In this document: piece by piece, positions 24,201 to 36,985 of the stretch
Numbering within the stretch: position 1 is the stretch's first letter
Layout of the letters: every line of letters begins with the position of its first letter
DNA from: Trichosphaerium sp. ATCC 40318
Lineage: Eukaryota > Protista > Tubulinea
DNA: 64,000 nucleotides
Direction of reading: 5' to 3'
NCBI GenBank assembly: GCA_038496445.1
Contig: JALMLS010000637.1
Span: 1 to 64,000, forward strand
Position numbers and translations under genes: made by a program
Notes under the pieces: model-generated
Seen by the model: the letters and a program-made list of their open reading frames with translations, nothing else
What the model was told of the DNA's origin: nothing
Database searches by the model: none

Positions 24201-26061
24201 TAATGGCTAACAATTAAAGTTAATGTGAGTAACAGATGTTGTTATGGTTAAGCATTATCATACCTGCAATAATTAAAGCAGTACATCCATTATCTTGTTT
24301 GGCTTCAATGTTGGCTCCTGATTCAAGTAATACTTTTATCACATTATCATGTCCTTTAATGGCTAACAATTAAAGTTAATGTGAGTAACAGATGTTGTTA
24401 TGGTTAAGCATTATCATACCTGCATCAATTAAAGCAGTACATCCATCATTTTCTTTGGCTTCAATGTTGGCTCCTGATTCAAGTAATACTTTTATCACAT
24501 TATCATGTCCATTAATGGCTAACAATTAAAGTTAATGTGAGTAACAGATGTTGTTATGTTTAAACACTATTCGTACCTGCAACAATTAAAGCAGTACGTC
24601 CATTATCTTGTTTGGCTTCAATGTTGGCTCCTGATTCAAGTAATACTTTTATCACATTATCATGTCCTTTAATGGCTAACAATTAAAGTGTATGTGAGTA
24701 ACAGATGTTGTTATGGTTAAGCAATATCATACCTGCATCAATTAAAGCAGTACATCCATCATTTTCTTTGGCTTCAATGTTGGCTCCTGATTCAAGTAAT
24801 ACTTTTATCACATTATCATGTCCTTTAATGGCTAACAATTAAAGTTAATGTGAGTAACAGATGTTGTTATGGTTAAGCAATATCATACCTGCAATAATTA
24901 AAGCAGTACATCCATTATCTTCTTTGGCTTCAATGTTGGCTCCTGATTCAAGTAATACTTTTATCACATTATCATGTCCATTAATGGCTAACAATTAAAG
25001 TGTATGTGAGTAACAGATGTTGTTATGGTTAAGCATTATCATACCTGCATCAATTAAAGCAGTACGTCCATTATTTTGTTTGGCTTCAATGTTGGCTCCT
25101 GATTCAAGTAATACTTTTATCACATTATCATGTCCTTTAATGGCTAACAATTAAAGTTAATGTGAGTAACAGATGTTGTTATGGTTAAGCATTATCATAC
25201 CTGCAATAATTAAAGCAGTACATCCATCATTTTCTTTGGCTTCAATGTTGGCTCCTGATTCAAGTAATACTTTTATCACATTATCATGTCCTTTAATGGC
25301 TAACAATTAAAGTGTATGTGAGTAACAGATGTTGTTATGGTTAAGCATTATCATACCTGCATCAATTAAAGCAGTACGTCCATCATTTTGTTTGGCTTCA
25401 ATGTTGGCTCCTGATTCAAGTAATACTTTTATCACATTATCATGTCCTTTAATGGCTAACAATTAAAGTTAATGTAACAGATGTTGTTACGGTTAAGCAT
25501 TATCATACCTGCAACAATTAAAGCAGTACGTCCATTGTTTTCTTTGGCTTCAATGTTGGCTCCTGATTCAAGTAATACTTTTATCACATTATCATGTCCT
25601 TTAATGGCTAACAATTAAAGTGTATGTGAGTAACAGATGTTGTTATGGTTAAGCATTATCATACCTGCAACAATTAAAGCAGTACGTCCATTGTTTTCTT
25701 TGGCTTCAATGTTCAATCTTGGTTGGATGCATAACATTACGACAACATGGAGATTGTTGCGAGCTACAAATTGGGTTGATACTTACACTGTTGGTAAATA
25801 CAAACCTGAGTAGAATAGAATGTCTTTTGCTGTCTCAAGAGTATGTAGTTTTTGTTTCAGCACATCACCTAAAGGAGCAGTGTTTTTAGAAAAAGAGAAC
25901 ATGTTTAAACCAAGGAAGGTACATGTTGTAATATTGGGGTATTTGCATTGAAGCTGCGCCAATTCGGCTATTGAAGAATTTTAATAAACACAGAGGCAGA
26001 TCAAAGATTCGCTTCTATTACCTTTTAATTCTGATGATTCTTCGATATGTGGCTCCGTCAT
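21217..26061 (-). CDS. Ankyrin-repeat / UBR-type zinc finger / PARP-like ADP-ribosyltransferase, paralogue B (multi-exon, amplified ankyrin exon array)
   Basis: Predicted start MTEPHIEESSELK. 13 near-identical 99-nt ankyrin exons plus one hybrid exon. FACYDC..LCSYCATQHNQTH..CECKAC. VHGTTREAAWSIVKAGFGVISSLDAGYYGQGIYFT and YDELVV match paralogue A. Confidence 0.85.
23639..25712 (-). repeat. Tandem array of about 156-bp exon+intron cassettes (13 full units plus one partial)
   Basis: Each unit is a 99-nt exon (AI[K/N]GHDNVIKVLLESGANIEAK[E/Q][D/N][N/D]G[R/C]TALI[V/I/D]A) plus an intron of about 57 nt, GTATGA...TTAG. Confidence 0.95.
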
Positions 26062-26499
26062 GAAGCGTTGTAACCAGTGTTGATTGTACGGTAAAATGGA
26101 TTTAAGTTTCGCCGACGGTTCATAGAATTACTTGTGTTATGGCTCGGTGTACATTGTTTGCGTTCAACATATCTCCTCGTTCATATACAAAGCCTTTTCA
26201 CACGTACGATGAGAAGATACGGAGATAGTACATTATGGCGCAATACAAACCCAAAAATACGGTTCGTTTGCTTAAAATTATGCGCCATTTGTAGTTTTTG
26301 ACGTTTTTTTTTGCCGTTCCTTTTAAACTACAACTACTGCCAAAAAATTGGCTACATGGTCTACACGTATAGTATAAAGAGGGTTAAATCACTGGTTTGC
26401 CATCAGATTCCACGGGCAACGCACTCGCGTTATGATAATGTCATTATCATAACGAGAACCGGTAACGCGCATAGAATTCGTTGAGCAAGTTTCTCTATC

Positions 26500-27102
26500 T
26501 CGCTACGCTACAGGATATCATTTACTTTTTTTTTGAAAATCACGTGGGCAAGATAGATTTTTGCTCACTGTATTTTTTACAAGGTTTTTTTTTCTATCCG
26601 ACGCTTTTATCACGTATCGTAGCAATTAAAATATAGCGTACCGGAGCGAAAGATTAACAAACATAAAGTATGAAACGGCAACTAATTACGCCATTAAACG
26701 CTATCTACACGCTAATTATAATTAGTGCAAAGAGCCTACTGGTTACATTGCAGGTTTAAAGAGCAAACGAAGCGATTTTAGTTTTCATTGCCTTTGTCGT
26801 AATACAATACGTTCGTTGCAGTATGATATTGAGCTATCTTCGAAAGTTATCCAAAGCTGTCATAAGAGCACATGTAACGAATGAATCAGAACTTTTGCAA
26901 CAACTTTTACATAGGTTGGTTGGTACAGCCTACTACTCGTTTTAACAAACCAATGTAAAAGCCGACTCTAAACCTTAGTGCCCTCGTCTCCAATGGTGAT
27001 ACAACGTAATCCAGCAGTAGCAATAAGATAAGAATTGCAAATGTACTGCTGAAATAGGATTCCTTTCTTGTAACACTCGCTTCAGTCAATGGCTTTGGTC
27101 CG
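26500..27102. repeat. Dispersed direct repeat, copy 2 (copy 1 at about 662-1258)
   Basis: Colinear match to 662-1258. ORFs 1046..1246 and 26907..27089 translate to related peptides. Confidence 0.9.
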
Positions 27103-27769
27103 TACCCTAACAGTTAATACTTAATCAAATTTGAAAGTATACCAGTTGTCACTGACCACCAGTACTCAGTCATAATGGAAACAGAAGGTTGTTCCCTGTT
27201 TCAAATTCTCTGTGCTTTCTTGAAGCGTTCAGTATTCTTGCTTGATGGACTCATCATTGATTAAGAAGCTACTTTATCAATAACCCATAGTACGTCTTGT
27301 GTTACATATGATAAAGGTAATTTGAGCTCACATCTTATTATAATGATGCCCGCGCTTGGAAATAGCTTCCACGTTCTTTTTCAGGAACGACAGTGTTTGT
27401 CGACACAACTTTAAGACCGAGTGATTAACAGCACTAGAAATAATTGTTTTTCTTTGCCATGTGGTACTTAAAGTTGTTTTACTGCCAACCCTATTGCCAA
27501 CTAGAAAAGGTGTAGGGATAGCAAGATAATGACGGATGCATTTGAAACTGTGACGTATGCAAGCTTAAGCTTTATTGAAAAACACATGAGTTTCTTTACG
27601 TTATTCAAAAGGACGGATGATGTGTATTCTTACACGAAACATATCTATTCGCGTTTGATTCAAAAAAAATTGGAATCACGTGATCGAACAAACAAAAAAC
27701 CGACAAACACTTATGGCAGGGTTCAAGGCGCAAGGTCGAAAAAAACACATAGCGGGACACTGCAATCAA

Positions 27770-28455
27770 GCCTAAGGAAGTTATGAAGTTTATAGGAACA
27801 ATGTGGCTTTGGGAGCAAAGAAGTGGCGAAAGAAATTATGATGATGTTATTTAGTGTTTCAAAGGAAAACCACATCTAAAGGGTTTGATGATCTATGTAC
27901 ATGCTGTATTCTGACAAGCATGGTAAAAAGCCTTACATACTCGGTATCATTGCTCACTGGGGTCGCGGCACACCAGTTTCTCCTGTAGATGCTGCAACAA
28001 AATTGATTATAAAATTTGAACAATGTTATAAGTTTGCGCCTCATGTGGTACTGGATTCGAGATTCATGGTGGATCAGTTTGTAGATTGGACAACTGGGCG
28101 TTCTCAACAAAGTAAAACTGGAGACGTTACTACTGCTCTTCCAAGCACCCACAAGAAGAAACTATTGATAACTTGGAAATAATCTACTTTAAAATAAGTG
28201 GAGAATAGCAACAAACCCATGGTCAAGTTGCATCATTCATGCGTAAGAAATGAAAACGGTAAGACTATGGAGTGGAGGTTACTTGGATATGGCTGGAAAA
28301 CTGGTGAACCAATACAAACTTCCGACTATGAAAAAATCTGTAAATTGTCACAAAAATACTAAAACTCAGCTTGTAAAAATTGGGCTCTCCACGGAATGAC
28401 AAACCAGTTCTTCACAACTTCTATCATCACAACTTTGCAGCTATTGATAAGCTTA
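27770..28455 (+). pseudogene. Possible piggyBac-like (DDD) transposase remnant
   Basis: Ordered degenerate motifs EVMKFIG (cf. DE.M..F.G), RKPHLKGLMIY (cf. KP.K.G), HVVLDSRF (cf. V..DN.F) and FYHHNFAAIDK (cf. YN..M.GVD), broken by stops and frameshifts. Confidence 0.5.
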
Positions 28456-30809
28456 TTATTTGAATTGTCAAACACCACGCCGGCCGGATTACAAGCGATG
28501 AGTGCCGCACCTGGGCAACTGAAATTGACATGAAAAAAAAGGCGTTGAGCTTTTCCTCTTTATCTATTAGCTACAGAAGTGTTTGCGGTGGATCTGTTGT
28601 AGATCATTTGAAGTTGATGTAAGCTCAATCGCTGAGAAATAAATGTTACTACTTGGAAATATCTGTAATGAGATAAAATACTTAAAGATATGAACCAGAA
28701 GAAGTACTGAGACTATAGCACGTTCATTATTTTGGAGCAGCAACAGATGTAGAAAGTAAAAGGCTTGCTAACGCAAAGTGTGCTGTTAGAAAATTGCAAA
28801 ACAATAAAGCACATATTAGTAGTAGTTTGAAATTTGTTTGACACGCCAAGCGTTTAGCCCTTAGCTACTGATGTTATTATTGTTGATTCCGTACACGCGA
28901 TGTCTACTACTCTCAACAAAGGAAATGTTCGATTTTTGCTAACCTCTGTGAGTACTCGCTGTTTTACAATAACCAGGATTGTTACACTGAAACGAACGAT
29001 AGACGTAGTTGGAGATTTCGCACGACAATTGCCAGCCAGCTCTCATTTTCTACTTGCATTCCGCACGAGCGATAGATTTTACATCCGTTACTGGCTTATG
29101 CAAGGAGAGGCGCCTATTTGTGTGTTGAAACTAACAAAGTGATAGAGCTCTAATTGAAGCGTTCATACAGAACATCACAGCGTTTTTTGATTGCGTAAAC
29201 ACAGTTTGCGTAAGGGCGATTAGTTTTATGGCAAACGGCCATTTTATGGTTTGCAATAGCACAATTGCAACCTCAATACTTGTATGCGCATGTTTGCAAC
29301 GTCACAATAAAACAGCTCACAAAATTATAAGATGGTTTGAGGGAGAGCCTTTTTCAAAGGATCGCTCGCTGGTGCTTTGTCAGTATGATGGCGAAAAGAA
29401 TAAACCACAACGGAGCTGCACGAGGTAACAGTAAACCCTTATCACCTACGAATGGGATACCTCTACAATAAAGGCTAAACAGAGTTCAGCCAATACTCCT
29501 ATGTTGTTGCAGCGTAGTTCTTTCCTCCACAAGAAGCAAAGTCTTGCTTTTTCTTTAACGGTAGTTTTTTGAGAAAAATCTTGTATAGCTTTTCATAGTA
29601 CTAGGTGCTTTCTTTGCTTCAGTACTGTGCACGTTCATCTTTCTACACCGTGTGATATGTCATAGTAACACCAGCCAAACCGTAACTCTCCACTACGCGC
29701 CAAGACGATAAAGTTGCTAAGCACAAGCACTCTAGCAGAGAATACACGTTCCGTGCGTTTACAAGTAAATTAACTTTGGTCGCTCCTGCATTGCACTATA
29801 CTGGTTATGTACATATTGCGTTAGTTAGATCGTCATTATAGCGTTTAAAGTTCGCTATTGGTAGACAACGACTAGATAGACTTATGTTGCCCAACGATCA
29901 ACAGTTATTGTGTGCGTCTGTTCTTGTCTGTGGTAGCGAGAGAAATCAAATCTAACATTTGTCACATTCTAGCGCTCATTGTTCTTTGAAATCATACTTT
30001 AGTCGTTGTTTTTATTCCTAATTAGTGCTTTCGGTACTGTAGCTCTCCAATTGGATTGAAAAAAACGCGTAACACCAGGCATTCACATCCTAATGTACCC
30101 GCAAAATGGCATCGACAAAAATGTTGACACATTTTGACATGTGTCAAATTTATGCAATTTTGACGTAACATCAAGTGCAACTTGACGCCTGAAAATTTCA
30201 CGCGTCTATGAAAGGAATAAAGGTTTGTTTCAGACATGAGATTGTAATATTTGGCCCAAAAAAGAGTTCTACATTTTGTTTTCGGAGCAATTTCATGTCG
30301 TATGTTCGTCTGTTCTTTTTTTAATAGCACCTGCCTATATTTGCAAAATTTATTAACATCTGTCTTATATTTGCCTTTTACTCTTCAAGTATCATCATTC
30401 ACGTGACATGTCTTTTCGTTTATTACATGCACATAAACAAAAACTACACTATTTACGTCAACAAATACAGACCTTTTGCGCACCTCAGGTCTTAGCCTTC
30501 AAAGTAGAGTAAATCACTAACGAAAAAAGGAGCCAACAGTGAAGTCTTGCACTTTGCAAGATAAAAATCAATGTCGCGAAATCGTTGTTTTTATTAAAAC
30601 GGACTGTACCATTTCTTTCCAGCTAACTCTTTCCTGCAAAATTCCGTACAATTATAGTTTCACGTATTCAAGTGGAGAGATGTATGTACATACTGTACGA
30701 GGAATACAAACTTAGAAACAACCAATATGTACAAAAAATAGTTTGATTCTATAGTATACAAGCTCTACATATTCTTTACAAAGAAATCTCTTCTCACATT
30801 CACAAGGAA

Positions 30810-33800
30810 TCATTCATCACCTTCTCCAACTGCTGCTGGTATATTATTATTTGTTGGTCTTGCTACACCAACAAACAAGTTTTGTAGTTCAGCTACAGAT
30901 AGCCTAGCAGATAATTGTTGAATAGAAAATCCATCCTCAAGAGCAGCATCTGCTATGTTCTTTTTCTTCTTCTGTAAATCAAGTATACGCTCTTCAACAG
31001 TTTCCTAACATAAAGCACTTAATAACCCAAACTCCATAGCTCACAAAGAGAACACAAAAAGAAATAGGGCCTTGATAAAATCAAAGCATGATGGTTTCAA
31101 CGTGTAAGTTAAACTCACCTTCATAAAAAACCTTGTTACATATACAGGCTTTTTTTGACCAAATCTATGGACTCTATCAATTGCTTGTTGATCTATAGCT
31201 GGATTCCACCACCTTTAAAAATTAGTAAAACAAACACGTGTGGAAAAATCAACCAAAAAAAAAAACAGTTAAAAAAAAGCAGAACGAGGAAAAAAAAAAT
31301 GAGTTCGTACGGGTCAAGAAGAAATACATGGTTAGCCATTGTAAGATTTAAACCAACACCACCAGCCTTAAGAGAAACAAGCATAATCTTAATACTCTTC
31401 TCTTTTTTGAAGAGAGAAATGCTCTCACTCCTAAAAAAACAAATCAATAAAAAAAACCGATTTTACTTCTTCTTGAAGATTGAGCTGTTTAAGCTCAGTT
31501 GATATGAAAACTTGTAAACGAATATAAGTACCTATGCTTTATAGTCATTGTACCATCAACTCTAGTAAACTTGAAATTCTCTTTACTTAGAAATGGTTCC
31601 AATAAATTGAAATACATTGTGAACTGTGAAAAAATAACAGCTACAAAAAAACAGTATTAGAATTTGGTCAAAAGTAATCAATATCAATACCTTTGTCATC
31701 TCCTGTTTTCAACTTTTCTAGCTCTGAAAGCAGCGCTGTAATCTTTGAAGAAGGTTGGAACTCAGGTACTTCGTAAGTATTATCATCATCAAAGCAGATA
31801 TCTCCTAACACGATTTTAGAAGGCAACACTTAAAAAAATTTGCTTATTTTTGATTCGCCGCAAACTCGCTGTAAAAAAAATAGCTGAATCTAATTTAACA
31901 GTACTCTCCGATTATTAAATCAACCAGGAATAAATGAGCAATTTCTCTAATCATCTCAAATGCGCAAGAAACAAGAAAATTTTCAAAAACCAAAAGAACA
32001 AAACTATTTAATAATTTGGTGCTCTTACCGTCATCTAAACTGTACATATTCATAAGCTCTAAGGCATCTTGGGATGGCCTGTATATTCTCTTTGCCAAAG
32101 GAACATGTCCAGAAGAGTTCAAATCAATGTCATCATCGTCATCATCGCTGACTTCTTCTTTACCTTGTGAACGAGATGATTTTTTGTTTGTTGTTTCTGG
32201 GTTACAAACACTCATTATAATATCATCATCATTATCATCATTACAACTATGTTCTTCTTTATCTTTGGAATGAACTAAGGATTGATCAGATTCGCCTGAT
32301 TCTTGCTTTACATCCAATGTTTCAATTTCATCTTTCTCTTCTTCTTTTTCTTGTTTGTCTTCCTTTTCTTGTTTCAAACGTTCCTCAGGTTTTCTTTTCC
32401 ATGAGAATGTCAATATATCATCAGAATCAGAGTCAGAATCAACTATATCCAAAAAACTGCTTTGACTGGGTAGTGACTGGAACAACAGTTACAAAACGTG
32501 CGAAAAATCCAAGCAAAAAAAAAGTACTACTTACAAGTGTCCCACCCAACTCGTCTCCTTCACGCTCATCATCAGGTACAATAAATCCGCCAAGCGTTTC
32601 TACACCAAGCATTAGTAATTTAGAAAAAGTTCAAAAGAAGGGCATTGTACCATCAAAATCGCCATATTCAATAACACGTGTTTTTTTTGTTGTTTTAGTG
32701 CGCTCTTCAATTTCTTCCATACTTTTGAGTTTACCAACTGTAAGACCAGACGTTCTACAAATAGGACAAGTATCATGTTGTTCTAACCACATGGATACAC
32801 ACTATAAAAATTAAAAGGTAAGGCAGTGGGCGTTCAACAAGACAATGTTTTCTTCGAAAAACAAAATAAACAAGAATCAAGTGAAGACCAAGGAAGTACT
32901 CCCTGTACAACCATAGAACCATGTTCTGGAATTACGTGCATACCTCATTACAGAATTTATGCCCACATGGTGTTACCATAGGGTTATTCATCTCATCATA
33001 ACATATCTGACAAATCTTTGCGTTTCGATTGAATATTTTATAATTTGTTAACAATGATGAGTTGCCAGACTTTGATAGTTCTTTAACAATCTTTTCAAAG
33101 TCTTCATCAACATTTTCAATGAACTATCAAGGATCTTAGAGTTGCAAATACAAAGTTGAAGACAAGAGTTTGTTTTTTCTGTTCAAAAAATTCTAATAAG
33201 GAAAAAACTAACTCACCTGTTCCCATCTGAAATGTCGCCCTTGCTCATGTTTTTCAGGCCGATGTGCCAAAAGAACAAGATGTGGATGATCACATGTCTA
33301 TATTTAAGAGTTAATTAGTATACTTTACAAACAACAAACTCACCTGACGCAATCTAAGTAAAAGTTCAAGAATATAAAAATATTCTTTTACAACAGATCC
33401 TAAAACATTTCCATTCATCTCACCAATCTTAACAATTCTATTCCATTGTTCCTCAGTCTGTTCTTGAAGTTTTTGATAGAATACAGCATCTTTAGGATTT
33501 AAAGGAGCGTGTACTAGCTGTTCATGAACTACAGGTAAAGTCAAAAGAGGTTTCCCTCTTATAATTGTTTTCTTTGTTCTTCTTAACAAAACGGCATCCA
33601 GTAGTTTCTAGTGTTACAAGTTAATATGATGTAAGGGTGCTTATTAAACGACATACCCTAAGCCGTAGAATAGCGTGTTGTTTTGCTTCTTCACCTCCAA
33701 CCTTGAGTGGATTTGTGATGCTAGAAACAAAAACATTGTGATCTTTCTCTGTCCTGACTTTAAGATAAACAAGTTGGCTGTATATGTCTTCTAATGAATT

Positions 33801-35707
33801 ATGTATTGGCGTTCCAGTAAGAGACCAACGATAATCTGCTTTTACTAAACATGTATATGAGTTTAATTACCATAAATCACGTAGATGTATTTCAAAGAAT
33901 TGAAAAAAAAACTGAAAAAAAAAACATACACTGCGCTATAGCCTTGAATCGATGTGTTATTCGGTTCTTTATCGCATGGGCTTCATCTAACACTATTCTA
34001 TGGAATCTAAAACAATAAATAAGTACACAGTACAACACCCGAGACCCAAAATAAACGACAACTGACCATACCTTATACTGTAAAGGGAATTTGTATTCCA
34101 TCTCAATTTCTTCCTAAAATCAGCGCCAAGAGTTCCATAAGACGTTAATATTATATCATGTGAACGTAGCCAATCAGGTGATCCATCACGTTTAGCGCCA
34201 TAGTATGTATAAACAGAGAAAAAACCTGGTTCAAATTTCTCATCAACTTCTTGTCCCCATTGCGTAATCAAAGATGCAGGGACTACTATCTACATAACGA
34301 ATATTAATGCAAAGAAACACAAAATATGCGTGATATAAAACAAAACAAATCTGAACCAACGCTACACCACAAAACACGCAATGTAACAGCGATGTCCGAA
34401 AAAAGGAACAAGAAAGTTCCGTTCTGAAAAAAAACGCGCCAAAAACACGTGATTTCGAACGACACCTCTTTGTGACCCTTATTTTGTTGAAAAAAAATCG
34501 TACCAGTGTAGGTTTCCTTTTTTCTGGGCGATGTGCTGCTAGTAAAGCAAGTGTAGTGATCTAATGACGTACATTAAAAAAAAACATTCCAAAACAAAGT
34601 ACGCACTGTTTTACCAATACCCATGTCATCTTTTTACCGAGAGCACAAGATTAATAACTTGGTTGCTTAAATTTATTCAAAAAAAATTTAATTGTACCTG
34701 CCAGGATACCTCCTTTAACGCGACGTCTGCCTAACTTAACAGTTTTCTCCTGTGCAAGCATCCAAGCAAGAGCTTGACGTTGATGCCTTACAAGTTACCA
34801 GTTAGTTTAAATGGTATGATAATCATACAAGAGAGGTTGGTTGTATGTCATAAGAACTCGTACAAATGCAATGGGTTTGCTTTGCATAGACCTTCTGGAT
34901 CATCTTCCTCTGGCCAATCATCAAAATTCTTTGTTGGTACAAAACTTTCTATTTCTTCCTTCTCTTCGGCTTTAGACTCTTTTATATCTTGTCATAGTTA
35001 AGAACGCATAGTGTATTAGTATATACATACCTTGAATAATACTATAAAGGTCTTTAACGTCTGGTTTATCTTCAAATTCATTGTCAACTTCTTCAAAAAT
35101 ATTTTCAGTTAAATCAATCTCTTGACCTTCGAAGCGCGTTAAATCATATATCTTCTCCTGTTTTGGTTTTCTAACATTAGCATTGAGTGTATTAGAGCGT
35201 GGTGGGCCCGGTCTCCTTTTTGCTGGCTAATCAAGCATTAGATTAATAAAAGCGAAATTGACGTTCACGGGTGGGTTTATATTCTCGCGAAAGGGCGATA
35301 CTGTCATATCGTATACAGGTCTAGGCATTCTACCTGTCTTAGCGTTCGTAAGGTTATTTACCAAATCAATACAGACAGGCGGAAACCCCTTGGGTCTTCT
35401 TCTACGTCGTGCTGGCCTTCTTTCGTCTGGCGACGTTAAATCCAGCAATACTGTACTTTGTTAATCTTAATTACACAAAAACAGTACCTGGTCGCCTTTT
35501 TGAGCGTCCAGTTCGATTAATAACCTTTTTGGCGGAAGGTACAGGCACTTTAGGTGTTGCACGAGGCAAAGGTGCTGGTATGCCAAGTAGAGCGCTCAGA
35601 TCTCCTAGCATGTGAATATCAGGAGGCGCACTCGGTCTTTTCCCTCGTGTGCGTGAAAAAACGCCACGATTGCCAGTAACACCTTCCAGTATCTCTTGGA
35701 AGGACAT
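30810..35707 (-). CDS. SNF2-family helicase with RING finger (Rad5/Rad16/Uls1-like) and an N-terminal cluster of SUMO-interacting motifs
   Basis: [97 protein letters not shown] and [15 protein letters not shown] across many short introns. Confidence 0.92.
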
Positions 35708-36080
35708 TGCGCTTGTTTCAGTGGGAATGTAATGCTGTAAGCGAGGTCAATTGTGTTCTGTTAATAACAGCCCGCAATGCACCGCTAACCGCGCAAATGA
35801 ACACCGATCAAGCTTAGCGAGTAGACAAGACCTGAGCGAAATTCTTCAGCGCAAAAACAAATACGATCGCCAATGGCTTCGTACCATCTCCTGCGCGTAG
35901 TAAATGTGATTGCGAAAGTTATAAGCGGGTTTTTTTACACTTTCTTGGCCTTTTGAGTTGAATCACCTAACAATTCGAAAAAGGTACTCTACGACATAAA
36001 TACAGCAAAGTAATTGTCAAAGTCATTATTTGATTGACTGAAACAGAAATTTGGCATAACTTTACAAGTAAATATTTAAC

Positions 36081-36737
36081 ATGGCAGCAAGTCTAAAGAC
36101 AGCCATAATTCTTGGCGCTACTGGATTGACAGGCAGCAAACTATTGAATAAACTGGTAGATGACGACAGATACGATAAAGTAAAGGTATTTACGCGAAGA
36201 AACGTCACTTTACAAAACGACAAAATAGAAGAGCACATCGTAGATTTACTAGCGCTTGATGAACAAGCAGAAGAATTTACTGGAGACGAAGTTTATTGCT
36301 GTGTCGGCACAACAAAAGCTAAAACGCCAAACAGCGACATATATAAGAAGATAGACTATGGTATACCTGTTACAGCTGCTTCTTTATGCGTTCAAAACAA
36401 AATACCAACGCTTGTCATTGTTTCGGCTCAAGGCGCAAATGCAAAGAGCTGGATACAATATAACCGTATTAAAGGCCAAATGGAGGAAAAAGTCCTTACC
36501 TTCAAAGATATTCCAAAACTACACATTATGCAGCCTACTCTGATCATGGGAAAGCGTGAAGAGCATAGAACGGGAGAATTAATTGCTAAAAAACTACTTG
36601 GCTTTTTATCAAGCGCAAGTATTCACGCTGATGTTATCGTAGATGCAATGGTTCTAGCAGCAAATGATCCTGACTTTGTATCAAATAGAGTTTCAAGTAG
36701 CGCTATGCGTAAATTGGTATCAAAATACTCTTCATGA
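36081..36737 (+). CDS. NAD(P)-binding Rossmann oxidoreductase, CC3/TIP30(HTATIP2)-like, intronless
   Basis: 218-aa ORF with ILGATGLTG, YCCVGTT, KIDY and YNRIKGQME motifs. Confidence 0.9.
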   Translation: MAASLKTAIILGATGLTGSKLLNKLVDDDRYDKVKVFTRRNVTLQNDKIEEHIVDLLALDEQAEEFTGDEVYCCVGTTKAKTPNSDIYKKIDYGIPVTAASLCVQNKIPTLVIVSAQGANAKSWIQYNRIKGQMEEKVLTFKDIPKLHIMQPTLIMGKREEHRTGELIAKKLLGFLSSASIHADVIVDAMVLAANDPDFVSNRVSSSAMRKLVSKYSS

Positions 36738-36985
36738 CAATTTATCACGTGTTACATTAATCATAATAAAAAACTGTTAAAAACTTTCGACAGTTTTTTT
36801 GTAATGATTCCCTGCTGTGTCAACATACGACTTTCGCTTTGTTTTATTCGATAAAGTAAGGCAGGTATAGCAATGACTGGCTAACAGAAGTACTGAGTAT
36901 GGTCATCCTTTAAGGTCAGGAGAAAAACAATTAAGAGCACAAACGTATTTAATAATTTAAGTCTTTGTGCACAGTTCTACAGCAT

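Noticed and set aside
23639-25712. CRISPR-like or satellite interpretation of the tandem array
   Set aside because: There are no unique spacers. The units are coding ankyrin exons with GT-AG introns in a eukaryotic gene.
28700-30400. Short ORFs between the transposase remnant and the SNF2 gene
   Set aside because: No motifs or consistent splice model.
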